Source of the DNA: Malacoraja senta
Taxonomy: Eukaryota
Reading direction: 5' to 3'
Assembly: GCA_038087875.1 (NCBI GenBank)
Contig: CM075989.1
Span: forward strand, 14,138,001 to 14,198,000
DNA: 60,000 nucleotides
The translations under genes were made by a program, and so were the position numbers. Position 1 is the first letter of the stretch. Each line of letters begins with the position of its first letter. The notes below the pieces were generated by a model. That model saw only the letters and a program-made list of their open reading frames with translations. It did not search any database and was not told the DNA's origin. Below, one piece after another: positions 1 to 11,162 of this stretch.

Positions 1-331
1 CTTCCTGCAAAGATATAGGTCCCCCTTTAGTTCAGGTACAACCAGCTATTATTTTACAGGTCTACCTCAGAAGAGATGCCAGTGATCTAAAAATGTGAAG
101 CCATTCCCCTTGCACGAGCTCTTTATCCATACATTTATCTGACCTATCTTCCTATTTCTATAACCATTCACACGTGGCACAAATTTATCCTGAGATAATA
201 TCAACACTATATAACTTTTGTCTAACATCCTTAATTCTCTTTGCTGGCCTGTACCTCTGTTCTTACCTATGTTGTTAGGACTAAATGTACTATGATCTCT
301 TGTGGAATGTTTTGTATCAGCTCTCAGGTGC

Positions 332-381
332 GGGGTGGGAGATTGCAACCTTCACGTGACCCTGTTTCGACGAATGCAATC
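332..381 (+). ncRNA. HDV-like ribozyme motif, probably damaged in this copy
   Basis: P1 GGGGT(332-336)/ACCCT(359-363) with a G-U first pair; P2 GATTGCA(341-347)/TGCAATC(375-381); L3-like TTCACGT(351-357); J4/2 CGAA(371-374); the P3 3' strand is incomplete. Confidence 0.65.
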
Positions 382-466
382 AACCCGGCGTGCACAATCA
401 AATAAGATCAAATAGAACAAGTTGTCGTACAACTTTAGGCTGTGCACGCCATACACAAGAAGAAGA
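332..466 (+). mobile_element. Short non-autonomous retroelement (putative Vingi-mobilised) with 5' HDV-like ribozyme fold and (AAG)n tail
   Basis: Perfect 13-bp TSD AGCTCTCAGGTGC at 319-331 and 467-479; tail ATACACAAGAAGAAGA; internal 10-bp stem GGCGTGCACA (387-396)/TGTGCACGCC (441-450). Confidence 0.85.
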
Positions 467-2403
467 AGCTCTCAGGTGCCAAGGTCAATAATATTCTTGA
501 CCCTGGGACCTAAGAAGCAATACATCATCTTGGCATCTCACTCACGGCCACAGAAACACCTGTCAGTTCCCTTGTTTATTGAGCCCCTTATCACTGCTGT
601 ATTTTGGACTTCGTCCTTCCCTGCTGTACAGCAGAGCCAGTCGTAGGGCCACCTATTGGCTGCAGCTGCTTTCCCCTGAAAGGCTATTCTCACCAACCGT
701 ATCCAAAATAATATACCTGGTAGGGAGAGGAATAGCCACAGGAACTGCTGCACCACCTGCCCGCCCCTCCTGGTGATCACCCATCTACTATCCAGCTAAT
801 ACTGCGGTGTAACCCAAGCTCCTATTTATCTGTAACACTTTCTGTCTCCAATGTGCTCCTCAATATGTCCAACTGCTGCTCCAACCAATCTGTGGGGTCT
901 GAAAAGAGCTGCAGCTGGACATAGTTGTCGAGGAAACTTAACTTTTCCCCATCTCACAGAAGGAGCATTCCACTGCTGACTGCACTTTGATCTCAGCAAC
1001 AGCACTTTGATCTCAGAAGCAGCATTCTCAAAAAGACTGCTCAGTATGTGGTATTTTTCACCCTAGAAAGGTATTGATTCATTTAAACTGTCATGTCTTT
1101 TCAATCATCTAGGTAATAATTTGAGTGCTGGCACAGCCATCTCTGTTTACTTTGGCATACTCCACCTCCTTGAACATCTTTCCATTTAAAATAAAAATAA
1201 CAAAAATCATGTGCTCTTTAGATACTGAATGGAGAAGTGAAGTACTTTCTGCAACCGATTCTAATGTCAAGCATGTCAAGCAAGTATGTTCCCTAGTTTG
1301 TGATTTGTGGTCATAACTGCCCTTTCAGTCACGGAGCACTCTTCCTTTAGGGAGCATCTACCCGCATTGTTCACAGCCTGATTAATCTTCGTACCGTTGC
1401 TCCAAATAGCTTTCCTGTGGTATCTGTGATGTATTACCTGCACCATTGCGTTCTCATTATATTTTAGTGGCACATTTTCACTGTTGACCAAAGGTGGGAA
1501 ATGTGTTTTGTTGATAAATAAATCATTGGAGTAGTCTCTAATATGTCAACCAATGGTAGGAGAGTACAGACAGTGCCTTGATAAGAAGGGAATAATATAC
1601 CGGCACTCCCTGACTTATGCAACAGGCAACCTATGTAAACTCGCACTTACGTTAGCAATTCTTTAAGCTAACTGCTTTACTTCAGAGTTGCATGTCTCAG
1701 TAGCAGTCCGCTACTGCTGTTGCATGTGGCCATTCCCGCAAGCTAGTCAGCTGTTCTTGTGGGAGTTCCTATGTGGTCTCTGCGTCGAATAGTAAATGTA
1801 CAGGTATGTAGTAGCACTTCCGTTTCTGACTTGCGTAACATCTGATTTATGTGAGGATCCACGGGACGTGACCCTTACGTAAGTCGGGGAGCATCTGTAA
1901 TGTGGAAGAGATATTAGTACCTCATAGTTCTGTTTTTTTATTGCGAAAATAATAATCATGGGTTAATATTACTCATACTTGCCTTGATTTTAACTTGCTC
2001 CCAGATGTATATATGCTTTGAACAAAACTTCATTTTATTATTCTGATTTAAACTGCGTAGAAATAGATGAAATTTACAGCATTTCCCATCCAGACAGCAT
2101 CAATGTTTTCTCTCAGTGCTACAAAGTGTGTAAATCTGATTCTCACAGCTCACACATCTTCATCTTTATATTTCCTTCAACAAGCAATCCAATATTGAAT
2201 GTTGAAGTAATTCCATCCTCTGCCCGTTCTGCTTAAGATTTACAAGCCCCTGTGAAATTATTTTTCCCCTTCTAAATCTCTTCCTTTAATTTTGTTTCAT
2301 TCTGGATCTGGTGACTATCAGACAGAAATTACTGCTGCATATCAGTCCCATCATCTTTTAGATTTAGGTATGTCGATCATGCATATCGCTCATTCATTCT
2401 GTC

Positions 2404-2860
2404 AATTGGAAAAGTGCAGAGAAGATTTATGAGGACGTTGCCAGGACTCAAGGGATCTATAGGGAAAGGTTGGGCAGGCTCGGAGTTCATTCCTCAATGC
2501 AGGAGGCTGAGGGGGGATCTTAAAGAGGTGTATAAAATCATGAGGGAAACAGATGGGGTGAAACCACAGTCTTTTCCCTAAGTTTGGTGAATCAAGAACT
2601 AGAGGGCATAGGTTTAAGGTAAGAGGAGCAAGATTTAATTAGGAATTCATATTATGGTGGGTATATGGAATCAGCTGCCGGAGGAGGTAGTTGAGGTATG
2701 TACTTTTACAGCATGTAAAAGACACTTGGACAGGCACATGATAAGAAAGGCATAGAGTGTAATGGGCCAAATGGGCAAATAGGTTGAGCTAAGCTGAGAC
2801 ATGTTGGTTGGTATGCACAAACTGGGCCGACGGGCCTGTTTTCTTCTGTATGACTCAATT
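2404..2860 (+). mobile_element. CR1 LINE 3' fragment
   Basis: Degenerate LEKVQRRF.R.LPGL and RRLRGDLKEVYKIMR motifs, then a 3' UTR ending GGGCCTGTTTT...TATGACTC. Confidence 0.8.
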
Positions 2861-3159
2861 ACTCAATTTTGTACTATTCAGATGGGAGGGAAAAAGTTGA
2901 TGTATTTGAGTTTCTCAAATTAAAAAAAAAGAAATAATATCATAACATTTTTGAGTTTTTAATGTGCTCTTTATAGATGTTTTCAACTTTAGCAATTTTA
3001 TCACCAGAACATTGCAAGATCTTGTTATTTTATTTTATAACATTAAAGGAAGCCATGCAGCCCAATGAACAATTTAAAACAATGCTAACTGTTCGAGCAA
3101 TACCCACAAACCTATCCCAAAAGCCTATTCTCCCACCCATTCCCATGTACCCCTTGACT

Positions 3160-3345
3160 CTCCTTCCACCTACCTATACCTGGGATAATTTACAATACCC
3201 AATAAGCCTATAAACCAGGATCCAAGAGGCCTTGGGGGTAATCTATGCTGTCACAGAGAGAACCTGTAAACTCCATACTGACAGCAATGAAGAGCATGTA
3301 AGGTGAGCTGTGAAGCAGAAGCATTACCTGCTGAGCCACCATGTC
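3160..3345 (-). mobile_element. Degraded HE1-like SINE
   Basis: Segments GAGAACCTGTAAACTCCATAC and TACCTGCTGAGCCACC resemble the better SINE copy at 28173-28483. Confidence 0.55.
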
Positions 3346-4194
3346 ATCCTTAATACGGTGATTAATTTGTTTACTAACCCATTTATATATTGAATGCTCA
3401 TTTTGTATATATTGAATGCTCATTGTCGGTGTCTTGAATGACAAAGGTTCAAACATGTTCCTCAAACTCTTGTGAATAATTCTTGTAACAGAAAAAAATA
3501 TAAATTTCTTTCAGGGATGAAGAGGTAGTTTGTACCAGAAGTATTTCAAGGTCGAGATGGAGAAGAGTCATTGAAAAAGTAAGACTGGATCTTTTGAAAT
3601 CTTTTAAATGCAGTATATTTTATATTTTGGGAACTTTGAGCCTTATTAAGTTTATAGTTCACTATAATATTAATAATATACTATAAACATAATATTAATA
3701 TTATAGTTGACAAACTGTAAACAATAATCATTGAAAATAAAATGGCAGAGTTTCTTTGATTAAGAGTGGGAATTTTCAGCACGCCTTAAGAGGAAAAATT
3801 GAGGTTCATTTTTGGTCAAAACATTAAAACATTAAGGGAAACTAATGGAAATTTAAAACAAAATTGCGTCGCTTTATTAAATGTTCGGGGTTAGGCTAGG
3901 ATGGTTTTGAAATGCAAAGTTTAAATTTGCATCAGTTTCAGCAGAATGAAGTTGTGAATATTTTGTCTCAATCCACTGCTGGTCTATTAAACTGGTGATT
4001 TTGATCACATCATCAGTATTGGAGCTGCCCAGTATTATATATCAATTAAAAAAGAACATTGAGTGGATTCAGTAGCAAGTGCCCAACTGTTAGCATTGAT
4101 TTTGCAGTATGGTAAGTTCAAAATTTAATCCGTAATAATCTTGTAAAAGATCTTGCAATGTTAATAACTGCAGTATTTTTGGATGTTAAGCATA

Positions 4195-4903
4195 TCATCT
4201 TTGTGCAAAAGGCTTAGATGGGGCAGAATTTGTTAGGTGTATCTAGGAGGGATTCTTGAAACAGAATGTGGATAGTCCAACTGAAGAAGGGACCATACTG
4301 CACATTATATTGTGAAACAAGCCTGCCGCGGAAGGGCATTTTGGGAACAGTGATTATAACTACACAAGTTTTAAGTTAGTTATCAATAAGGAAAAATATG
4401 GAACTTGGGGGAGAAAGTACGAAATTGCGGAAAAGCAGATAACAACATTATTAGAAATGAGCAAGGGAGAGGGTGCAGAAGAGGTTATCAGAACACCACC
4501 TTGATTGAGGAATATTAGCTACACAGAAAGGTTGGACAAACTGGGATTGTTTTCTTTGGGGTATTGGAGGTTCAGGGGAGACTTGAAAGAAGTATATAAA
4601 ATTAGCAGAAGCGTAGATCGGGTTAAAGGTCAGAACCTTTTTCCCATGGTCAAAATGTCAGAGAGGGAAAGCTTTAACGTTAGCGAAAAAAGTTTAAAGG
4701 AAATGTGCGGGACAGAGAGTGGTGAGTGCCAGGGATGGTAGTAGAAGTATATATGATAATGGCGTTTAAGAGACTTTTATGGTTATGTTTAACCATGTGG
4801 TTATGACTTTTATGTTTAGGGGGCACATGGTTATGGAAGAATATCAATCACGTGCAGGCAGAGGAGATTAGTTTCACTTGGCACAGATGTTGTGGGTTGA
4901 AGG
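4195..4903 (+). mobile_element. CR1 LINE fragments (endonuclease region plus 3' end)
   Basis: ORF 4505-4741 SYTERLDKLGLFSLGYWRFRGDLKEVYKI is the CR1 ORF2 C-terminus. Confidence 0.8.
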
Positions 4904-5008
4904 GCTGTTGTTGTGCTGTTGTTGTGCTGTTGTTGTGCTGTTGTTGTGCTGTTGCTGGGCTGTTGCTGGGCTGTTGCTGTGCTGTTGCTGGGCTGTTGCT
5001 GTGCTGTC
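4904..5008. repeat. Compound (TGTTG/TGCTG) microsatellite at the CR1 3' end
   Basis: Visible tandem TGTTGTTGTGC and TGTTGCTGGGC units. Confidence 0.9.
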
Positions 5009-5338
5009 CGGCTCTATGTTCAGCCAGTAGGAATTTTATGTTGTGAGCATTAATCAATGGCTTCACGAATAACGAGGCTAATAGTCAAATCGTTTTCAGA
5101 TATATTCTGAATCCAAAGATTTTATTACATAAATTGCTCTCTGACATATGTTTTGGCAACTATACAGTTAAGTAATAAGAATTGAATATATTCTTGATTG
5201 CCATATTATTTCCTTTCAAGATGTTATGAATGCTTTAGTTGGCCAAATGCTGAAATGGAAGATGTTAAAGCACAGACTTCTCATACGCTGAAATTTGCTG
5301 GGAAATGTCTGCAGTTCTGTGGTGATATCCTACCATTT

Positions 5339-5690
5339 AACAATACAATACAATACAAATTTATTGTCATTTGTACCTCAAAAGAAGTTCAAACGAAATT
5401 TGGTTTCTGCAGTCATACAACAAGAAAAGAACCAAGACACACAAACAATACAATTTACACAAACATCCATCACAGTGAATCTCCTTCTCACTGTGATGGA
5501 AGGCAAAGTCTTGTCTCTCCCCTGTGTTGCATTCTTCTCCCGATGTTAAAGCCCACAGCGGGTGATGGCAAGTCCCGTGGCCGTTAAGGCCGCGCCAGGC
5601 GATGTAAGGCCCCGCTCCGGGTCTTAATGTTGGAGCCCCCGGCGGGCGATGGCAAGTCCCGCAGCCGTTAAAGCCGCGCCGGGCGATGCT
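5339..5690 (-). mobile_element. Rex1/Babar-tailed non-autonomous element, 5'-truncated copy 1
   Basis: (CAATA)n on + strand then TTTATTGTCA; shares ACATCCATCACAG...CTGTGATGGAAGGCAAAGTC with the copies at 38.4, 39.7 and 45.3 kb. Confidence 0.75.
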
Positions 5691-6944
5691 GTTAACCATG
5701 TGAATGCCAACAGATTAGGCACTACTGGCAGATTCCAGCCAGCAAGGATGATGGTACCTTCTGCTAGGGATATAGGATCCACTGGTGGCGGGCAAACCTC
5801 CTCAGCATTTGCAGTGGGATATCTGTTCATGAGTCCTGCAGATGGTTAGATCATTCATTTCAGTGGATGTTTTCGAATTGAGTTTTCAAAACACGATGCC
5901 AATCCAAGTCTATATTTATCGAGCTGACTCTTTAAAAACCTTCTTCCTTGCTAAGCTGAGCCTAACATTGTTCAATACCTTCCCTATAACAGAGAAATTA
6001 CAGGGATGTATCGTTGCTGGAAAATTATTTGGCAAAGGACATTTGAACTTCAATTCACTGTGTAAACAAACAGCCATCATTTTTTTAATTTATATTGTCT
6101 GATTGGACCACTATGTTTATTTGATCTTTAAAACATTCCAAATGCATGTTCTTGGGGCAATTTGTCCCACTGAAGAGTTCTAAATATGATTGCCTGGTCT
6201 TCCATGAGCCCTCTCTCAATGTTTATTTTATGAAAAAATGATGAAAGTGATCACAGTGAATGGTGGTGCTGGCTCGAAGGGCCGAATAGCCTACTCCTGC
6301 ATCTATTGTCTATTGAAATTAGACAGCATTATACTCAATATTATGAGTAACTATTATTGCTTTTCTAAATGCACAGTCTGCTTGTGTAAATCTATAGCAT
6401 TATTACTTATTGGTTAAATTACATGGTAGTTTGTGAAAAAACATTAAACATTTCTATTGAACATTATTATTTATGAGAGTAAAATTTTAAAAAAAGTGCA
6501 GAGATGAAGGTAGTATTTATATTAAAAGAATAATGCAGTTGAGTTTACTGGTAGGGGTTTTAATTATGACATTTGAAAAGTTTATTTGCTTCTCTTGTCT
6601 GATGATGAACTGCAAATCTGATTTTACTGAAGAAATTAATTTTACCAATCAGCATTAACAATACCCCATTTTTCAGAATACTGCAACACTTGTAAAATTA
6701 TTTGTGCATGAAAGGTCTTTCTAATTAAACAACTCTTGCCTATTACTGATGGTTTATGTTGTGTACAGATACAAAACAGTGTGTAATACGTTGCGAATAG
6801 ATGTTGCTTGCATTTTTACATAAGTATATTAAACTGGACCAGGCCTCAAGATAAATAACATTTAAATGATCAAGTGACCAGGTTCATATGAAGTCCGTTG
6901 CATGGTTACAAATTCCTGTTTCTAAAAGCATATTAATTTAACAT

Positions 6945-7530
6945 GAAGTGTAGGAAAGAACTGCAGGTGCTGGTTTCAATCAAGATGCTGGAGTAACTCA
7001 GCGGGTCAGGCAGCATCTCTGGAGAGAAGGAATGGATGAAGTTTCGGGTCGAGACCCTTCTTCAGACTGAAGTCAGTGGAGTGGGCAGGACAGAGATAGA
7101 ATGTAGTTGGAGACAGCAAGACTGATGGGATCGCGAGGAAGGAGGAGGGGATGGAGACAGGGAAAGCAAGGGCTATTTTAAATTAGAGAAGTCAATGTTC
7201 ATAGCGCTGGGGTGCAAGCTACCCAAGCAAAATATGAGGTGCTGTTCCTCCAATTTGCGCTGGGCCTCACTCTGACGATGGAGGAGGCCCAGGGCCGAAA
7301 GGGCAGATTGGGAATGGGAGGGGGAGTTAAAGTGCTGAGCAACCAGGAGATCAGGTAGGTTGAGGTGGACTGAGCGGAGGTGTTCAGCGAAATGATTGCC
7401 GAGCCTGCACTTGGTCTCACCGATGTACAGAGGTAGACACCTGGAACAGTAGATGAGGAGGTGCAAGTGAACCTCTGTCGCACCTGAAAAGACTGTCGGG
7501 GTCCTTGGATGGAGTCAAGGGGAGAGGTAA
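6945..7530 (-). mobile_element. Penelope-like element 3' part: GIY-YIG endonuclease plus terminal repeat
   Basis: ORF 7173-7466 IYCSRCLPLYIGETKCRLGNHFAEHLRSV...VAQHFNSPSH...RKLEEQHLIFCLGSLHPSAMN is a PLE GIY-YIG domain; followed by the repeat carrying the hammerhead motif. Confidence 0.92.
7038..7065 (-). ncRNA. Minimal hammerhead ribozyme motif (PLE-associated)
   Basis: Minus strand CTGAAGA-A-GGGTC TC GACCC-GAAA-C-TTC. Confidence 0.65.
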
Positions 7531-7922
7531 TTTAGCATGTTCACTCAAGATATGTGTGATATACTATTTGTGCCACATAAAATTGTCATTAAATTTTAAT
7601 CATCCTAGTGATTTATTTTACAAAAAGATATCTTCTTTCTTAATCATGTTTCACATTGGAGGCAACCCGATTCTATGAATACATTTTTCCAAGCAACGAT
7701 AGAATAAATTGTCTTCTTGTTTGGGTATAATGTTTTGAATGAGTTTTAAATTTGAAGTGAGCCAATTAAAACAATTTTTTATCTTTAAAATGTCTCTATG
7801 TAAGTTAAAATTAAATTGTTTAACAAATGGCAATTCTTTGCCAAACATGTTTGTGCTATAATCTGGTGTGTCAGTACAATTTAACAATGCACTTTGTTGA
7901 GTGATGCAGAATTATGAATATA

Positions 7923-8570
7923 CTAGACTAAGTGGGACCCGTTGGGTCCCTATCACACGGGAGGCCTGGTCCCCCAACGCACCTGTTCCCCAACGCAATA
8001 TTCCACCACTCACACCTATCCCCCTCCCATCAAATCCACCCCTCCCTGTCCCCCTCTCCCTCTGCCCCCCCCCATCCCACCTTGCCCATCACCCCGGGCC
8101 CCTTCCATCCCCCTGCAGTCCACCACCCCTCTACCCCATCCTCCCTCTCTTTCCCCCCTCCCTCCCTCCCTCTCTTTCCCCCCTCCCTCCCTCCCTCTCT
8201 CCCTCTCTTTCCCCCCTCCCTCCCTCCCTCTCTCTCTCTCCCCCTCCCTCACCCCTCTCTCCCCACTCCCTCCCTCATCCCTCTCTCCCCCCTCCCTCAT
8301 CCCTCTCCCCCCTTTCTCCGTCATCCCTCTCTCCCCCCCGCCATCCCTCATCCCTCCCTTCCTCATCCCTCTCTCCTCCCTCCCTCCTCCCTCCCTCCTT
8401 CTTCTCTCCCCCCACCCCCCCCCCCCCGTGCTGTGGGCCGGGCTGCAGCGCTCCCTCTCTCCGTGTAATGGTGTGGTGCGTTAGGACTATTCCGGGTGTC
8501 CGTGCCCACGGGCAGGAGCAGCTGGAGCGCTGCCCGTCCTGGGACCCGCTGTGTCCCTCGCCAGCGGGTT
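7923..8570 (-). mobile_element. Non-autonomous Helitron; 3' end clear, 5' end not located
   Basis: Minus strand hairpin GGGACCC-AAC-GGGTCCC (7934-7950), 7 nt, then CTAG|T; shares CCCCAACGCAATATTCCACCACTC with the element at 43285-44711; internal C/T-rich tract. Confidence 0.75.
8010..8430. repeat. Polypyrimidine (CCCT/CT) low-complexity tract inside the Helitron
   Basis: Almost only C and T. Confidence 0.95.
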
Positions 8571-8814
8571 AAATAACAAAGCACAAAATAATTAATATTG
8601 TTTAAGAAGCAATCAAATGGAAGATCCTATTTGGGGATAGAGAAACAATGAAATGTGTTGAAATTCTTGTTGTGCGATATAATTTCAGTCACATTGTTGG
8701 CTGTGATCCAGGAACAGGTCACCTCACTGCCCATCAGCATGACTTAATGTATCAATTAGGAAGGAGTAAGGTGGGAGGACTATACCGATGCTGCACCTTT
8801 TTGCTGAGTCTTGG

Positions 8815-9190
8815 AGTCATGAAACAGGCTATTCGGCCCAACTTGTCCACACCGACCAACATCTCCCATCTACACTAGTCACACCTGCCTGTGTTTGGCC
8901 CTTATCTCTTTAAATTGATCCTATCCATGTACCTGTCTAAATGTTTCTTAAATGTTGCGATAGTACCTGCCTCAACTACCTCTTCCAGTAGCTTGTTCCG
9001 TACACCCACCACCGTTTGTGTAAAATAGTTAACTCTCTGGTTTCTATTAAATCATTCCCCCCTCACCTTAAACCTATGTCCTCTGGTTTCCGATTCCCCT
9101 ACTCTGGGCTAGAGACTGTGCGTTTTCCTCTTGTGATTTTGTATACCTCTATAAGATCACCCCTCATCCTCCTGCGCTCCAAGGAATAGA
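8815..9190 (-). mobile_element. CR1 LINE 3' fragment
   Basis: Reverse complement of the CR1 end at 2404-2860 (GTATACCTCTATAAGATCACCCCTCATCCTCCTGCGCTCCAAGG encodes LERRRMRGDLIEVY). Confidence 0.85.
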
Positions 9191-9621
9191 GTGGGCCCCG
9201 CTTCTGTGCTTCCTTTCTCTCACTGGGGCCCCTCTCCCTTTCCATTCACTGGGGCACACACTCCCTTCCCTCTCACCCCAGCTCCTCTCCCTCTCTCCCT
9301 TTCCATTGAATGGGCCCCGCTCCCACACTACCTTTCCTCTCACTGGACACTTATCCCTTCGCTCTCACTGCAGGTTCCTCTCCTCACTGGGGCCCTGGCT
9401 CCTGCACTCTCTTCTCACTCGATCTCCAGCTCCCACCGCACTCACTGGGACCCTGGTTCTTTTGCTCCCTATCAAACTTACCTAGTTTATTGGAATACTG
9501 TAATTACGATCATACTGAGCAAGGTTTAAAAGTATAAATTAGAAGTGTATTGGCTTATTAATGAAAATAATACCCAATAGTTTGGAAAATCTGCCAGATT
9601 GCCACCACCAAAGTCTTGAGT

Positions 9622-9649
9622 CTGAAGAAGGGTCTCGACCCGAAACGTC
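9622..9649 (+). ncRNA. Minimal hammerhead ribozyme motif (best-preserved copy)
   Basis: CTGAAGA-A-GGGTC TC GACCC-GAAA-C-GTC; helix III reduced to palindromic ACGT; GTC cleavage triplet. Confidence 0.7.
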
Positions 9650-9799
9650 GCCTATTTCCTTCGCTCCATAGATGCTGCCTCACCCGCTGAGTTTCTCCAG
9701 TATTTTTGTCTACCTTGTATCTCTATTTGTTGTCACCTTCTTATAGTTAACAATGGTCTATTCTACAATTTCCTTGATCTCCATCTCTTTTGATCTCTT

Positions 9800-11162
9800 T
9801 TTTTAAATTTATTTTTTAAATTTAATTTATTAGAAGTACATTAAATTACAAACAATTACATTAGTGCACATCACGTATATCTTATTACAATTAATGTACT
9901 CCTTCATTTTTTAAAGCTAATAAAAAGAAAAGGTTGAAATTAAGAAGAAAGAGAAAGTGAAAGAAAATAGTGTGAAAGCGTGTCAAAAGGAAAGAATAAA
10001 GACCCTGTAGAAAAGAAATTAGAGAAAAGAGATTAAGAGATAGACCCTAGGAAAGAAAAAAGAGAAAGAAGAAAAAAGAGAAAAACAGATACTCTATTAT
10101 GAGCATCACACAAAAGGGATATACCAACTCGCCACCTTTCATCCCCCTTTACTAAGTCCTGACATCGGTACCTTTTTAAAGTACTGTTGCACCTTATGCT
10201 TGTAGTAGTTCTATAAATGAAGACCACGTTCTATAGAAGTGATCTGATTTGCCTGCCAGGAGGAGTCTTATCTCTTCCAGGTGTAATGTTTCAAACATAT
10301 TTGAAATCCACATGTATATAGTTGGTATTGGAGCATTTTTCCAGAATTTTAGGATAAGCTTTTTTCCAGTTATTAACCCGTAATCAAATAGGTTCTTTTG
10401 AAACACATTTAGTTCAGGGCTACCTTCTGTTGTTCCAAAGATAATCCATTATGCTTTTGGTATGTTTTATTTTAAATAATTTTGTAAAGATTTCAAATAT
10501 ATCAATCCAAAATTTTTGAATTTTTGTACAAAAAACAAATGAGTGCGCTATAGTAGCTTCTTGAGACTGACATTTATCACAGATAGGTGACACGTTGGGA
10601 AAAATGTTACTAATTTTGGTTTTTGAGTAATATAATCTGTGTAAAATTTTGAATTGTATTAAAGTGTGTCTTACATCGAGCATTTGTGCACATTTAATAA
10701 ATGTTCATTCCAACTCTCCTTTGAAAATTTAATAGCTAATTCTTGTTCCCAGTCTCTTCTAATACCTTCCGTAGCTGGTATTTCTACATTTAAAATAATA
10801 TTATACAAATAAGACATTAAATTTGCTGATTCGGCTTTTATCTGCATTGCTTCGTCCAGTAAATCTAGTGGCATATTATAATAATCTTTTGTATATTTTT
10901 TCAGATAATCACATATTTGGAAATATTTAAAGTATTGATTGTTTCCCAGATTATATTTTAGTTGTAATTGTTGGAATGATAGTAATTTTCCAGTTTCATA
11001 CAAGTCTCCGAGCATTTTAATTCCTAATCTTTCCCATTGTATAAATGATTTGTCTATAATGGAGGGTTTAAACGAAGGGTTATTAACTATTGGGGATAAA
11101 AGCGATAGATTTCTTAATTTTTAATTATGTTTTATTTGTTTCCAAGTTCTAATTGTACTATG
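9800..11162 (-). mobile_element. 5'-truncated L1-clade LINE (ORF2 C-terminus with CCHC zinc finger, 3' UTR, A-rich tail)
   Basis: Peptides LIQFKILHRLYYSKTKISNIFPNVSPICDKCQSQEATIAHSFVFC, LLSFQQLQLKYNL and KKLILKFWK; perfect 15-bp TSD CTCTTTTGATCTCTT at 9785-9799 and 11163-11177. Confidence 0.92.

Larger units (their letters stand above)
1..960 (-). mobile_element. Degraded CR1-clade LINE ORF1 (SGNH esterase domain), interrupted by the element at 332-466
   Basis: Minus-strand peptides AVIRGSINKGTDRCFCGRE and VPRVNGYRNRKIGQINVWIKSSCKGNGFTFLDHWHLF resemble the CR1 ORF1 esterase motifs (GDSIVRG.DRRFCG; RNRRIGQMNAWL..WC..QGF.FLDHW); many stops and frameshifts. Confidence 0.8.

Noticed and set aside
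4848..5066. Cys-rich and Gln-rich ORFs resembling metallothionein or keratin-associated proteins
   Set aside because: Translation of a microsatellite at a CR1 tail
7901..8572. Long Pro/Ser-rich and Gly/Arg/Glu-rich ORFs (up to 223 aa)
   Set aside because: They arise from a stop-free C/T low-complexity tract inside a Helitron and are open in several frames on both strands
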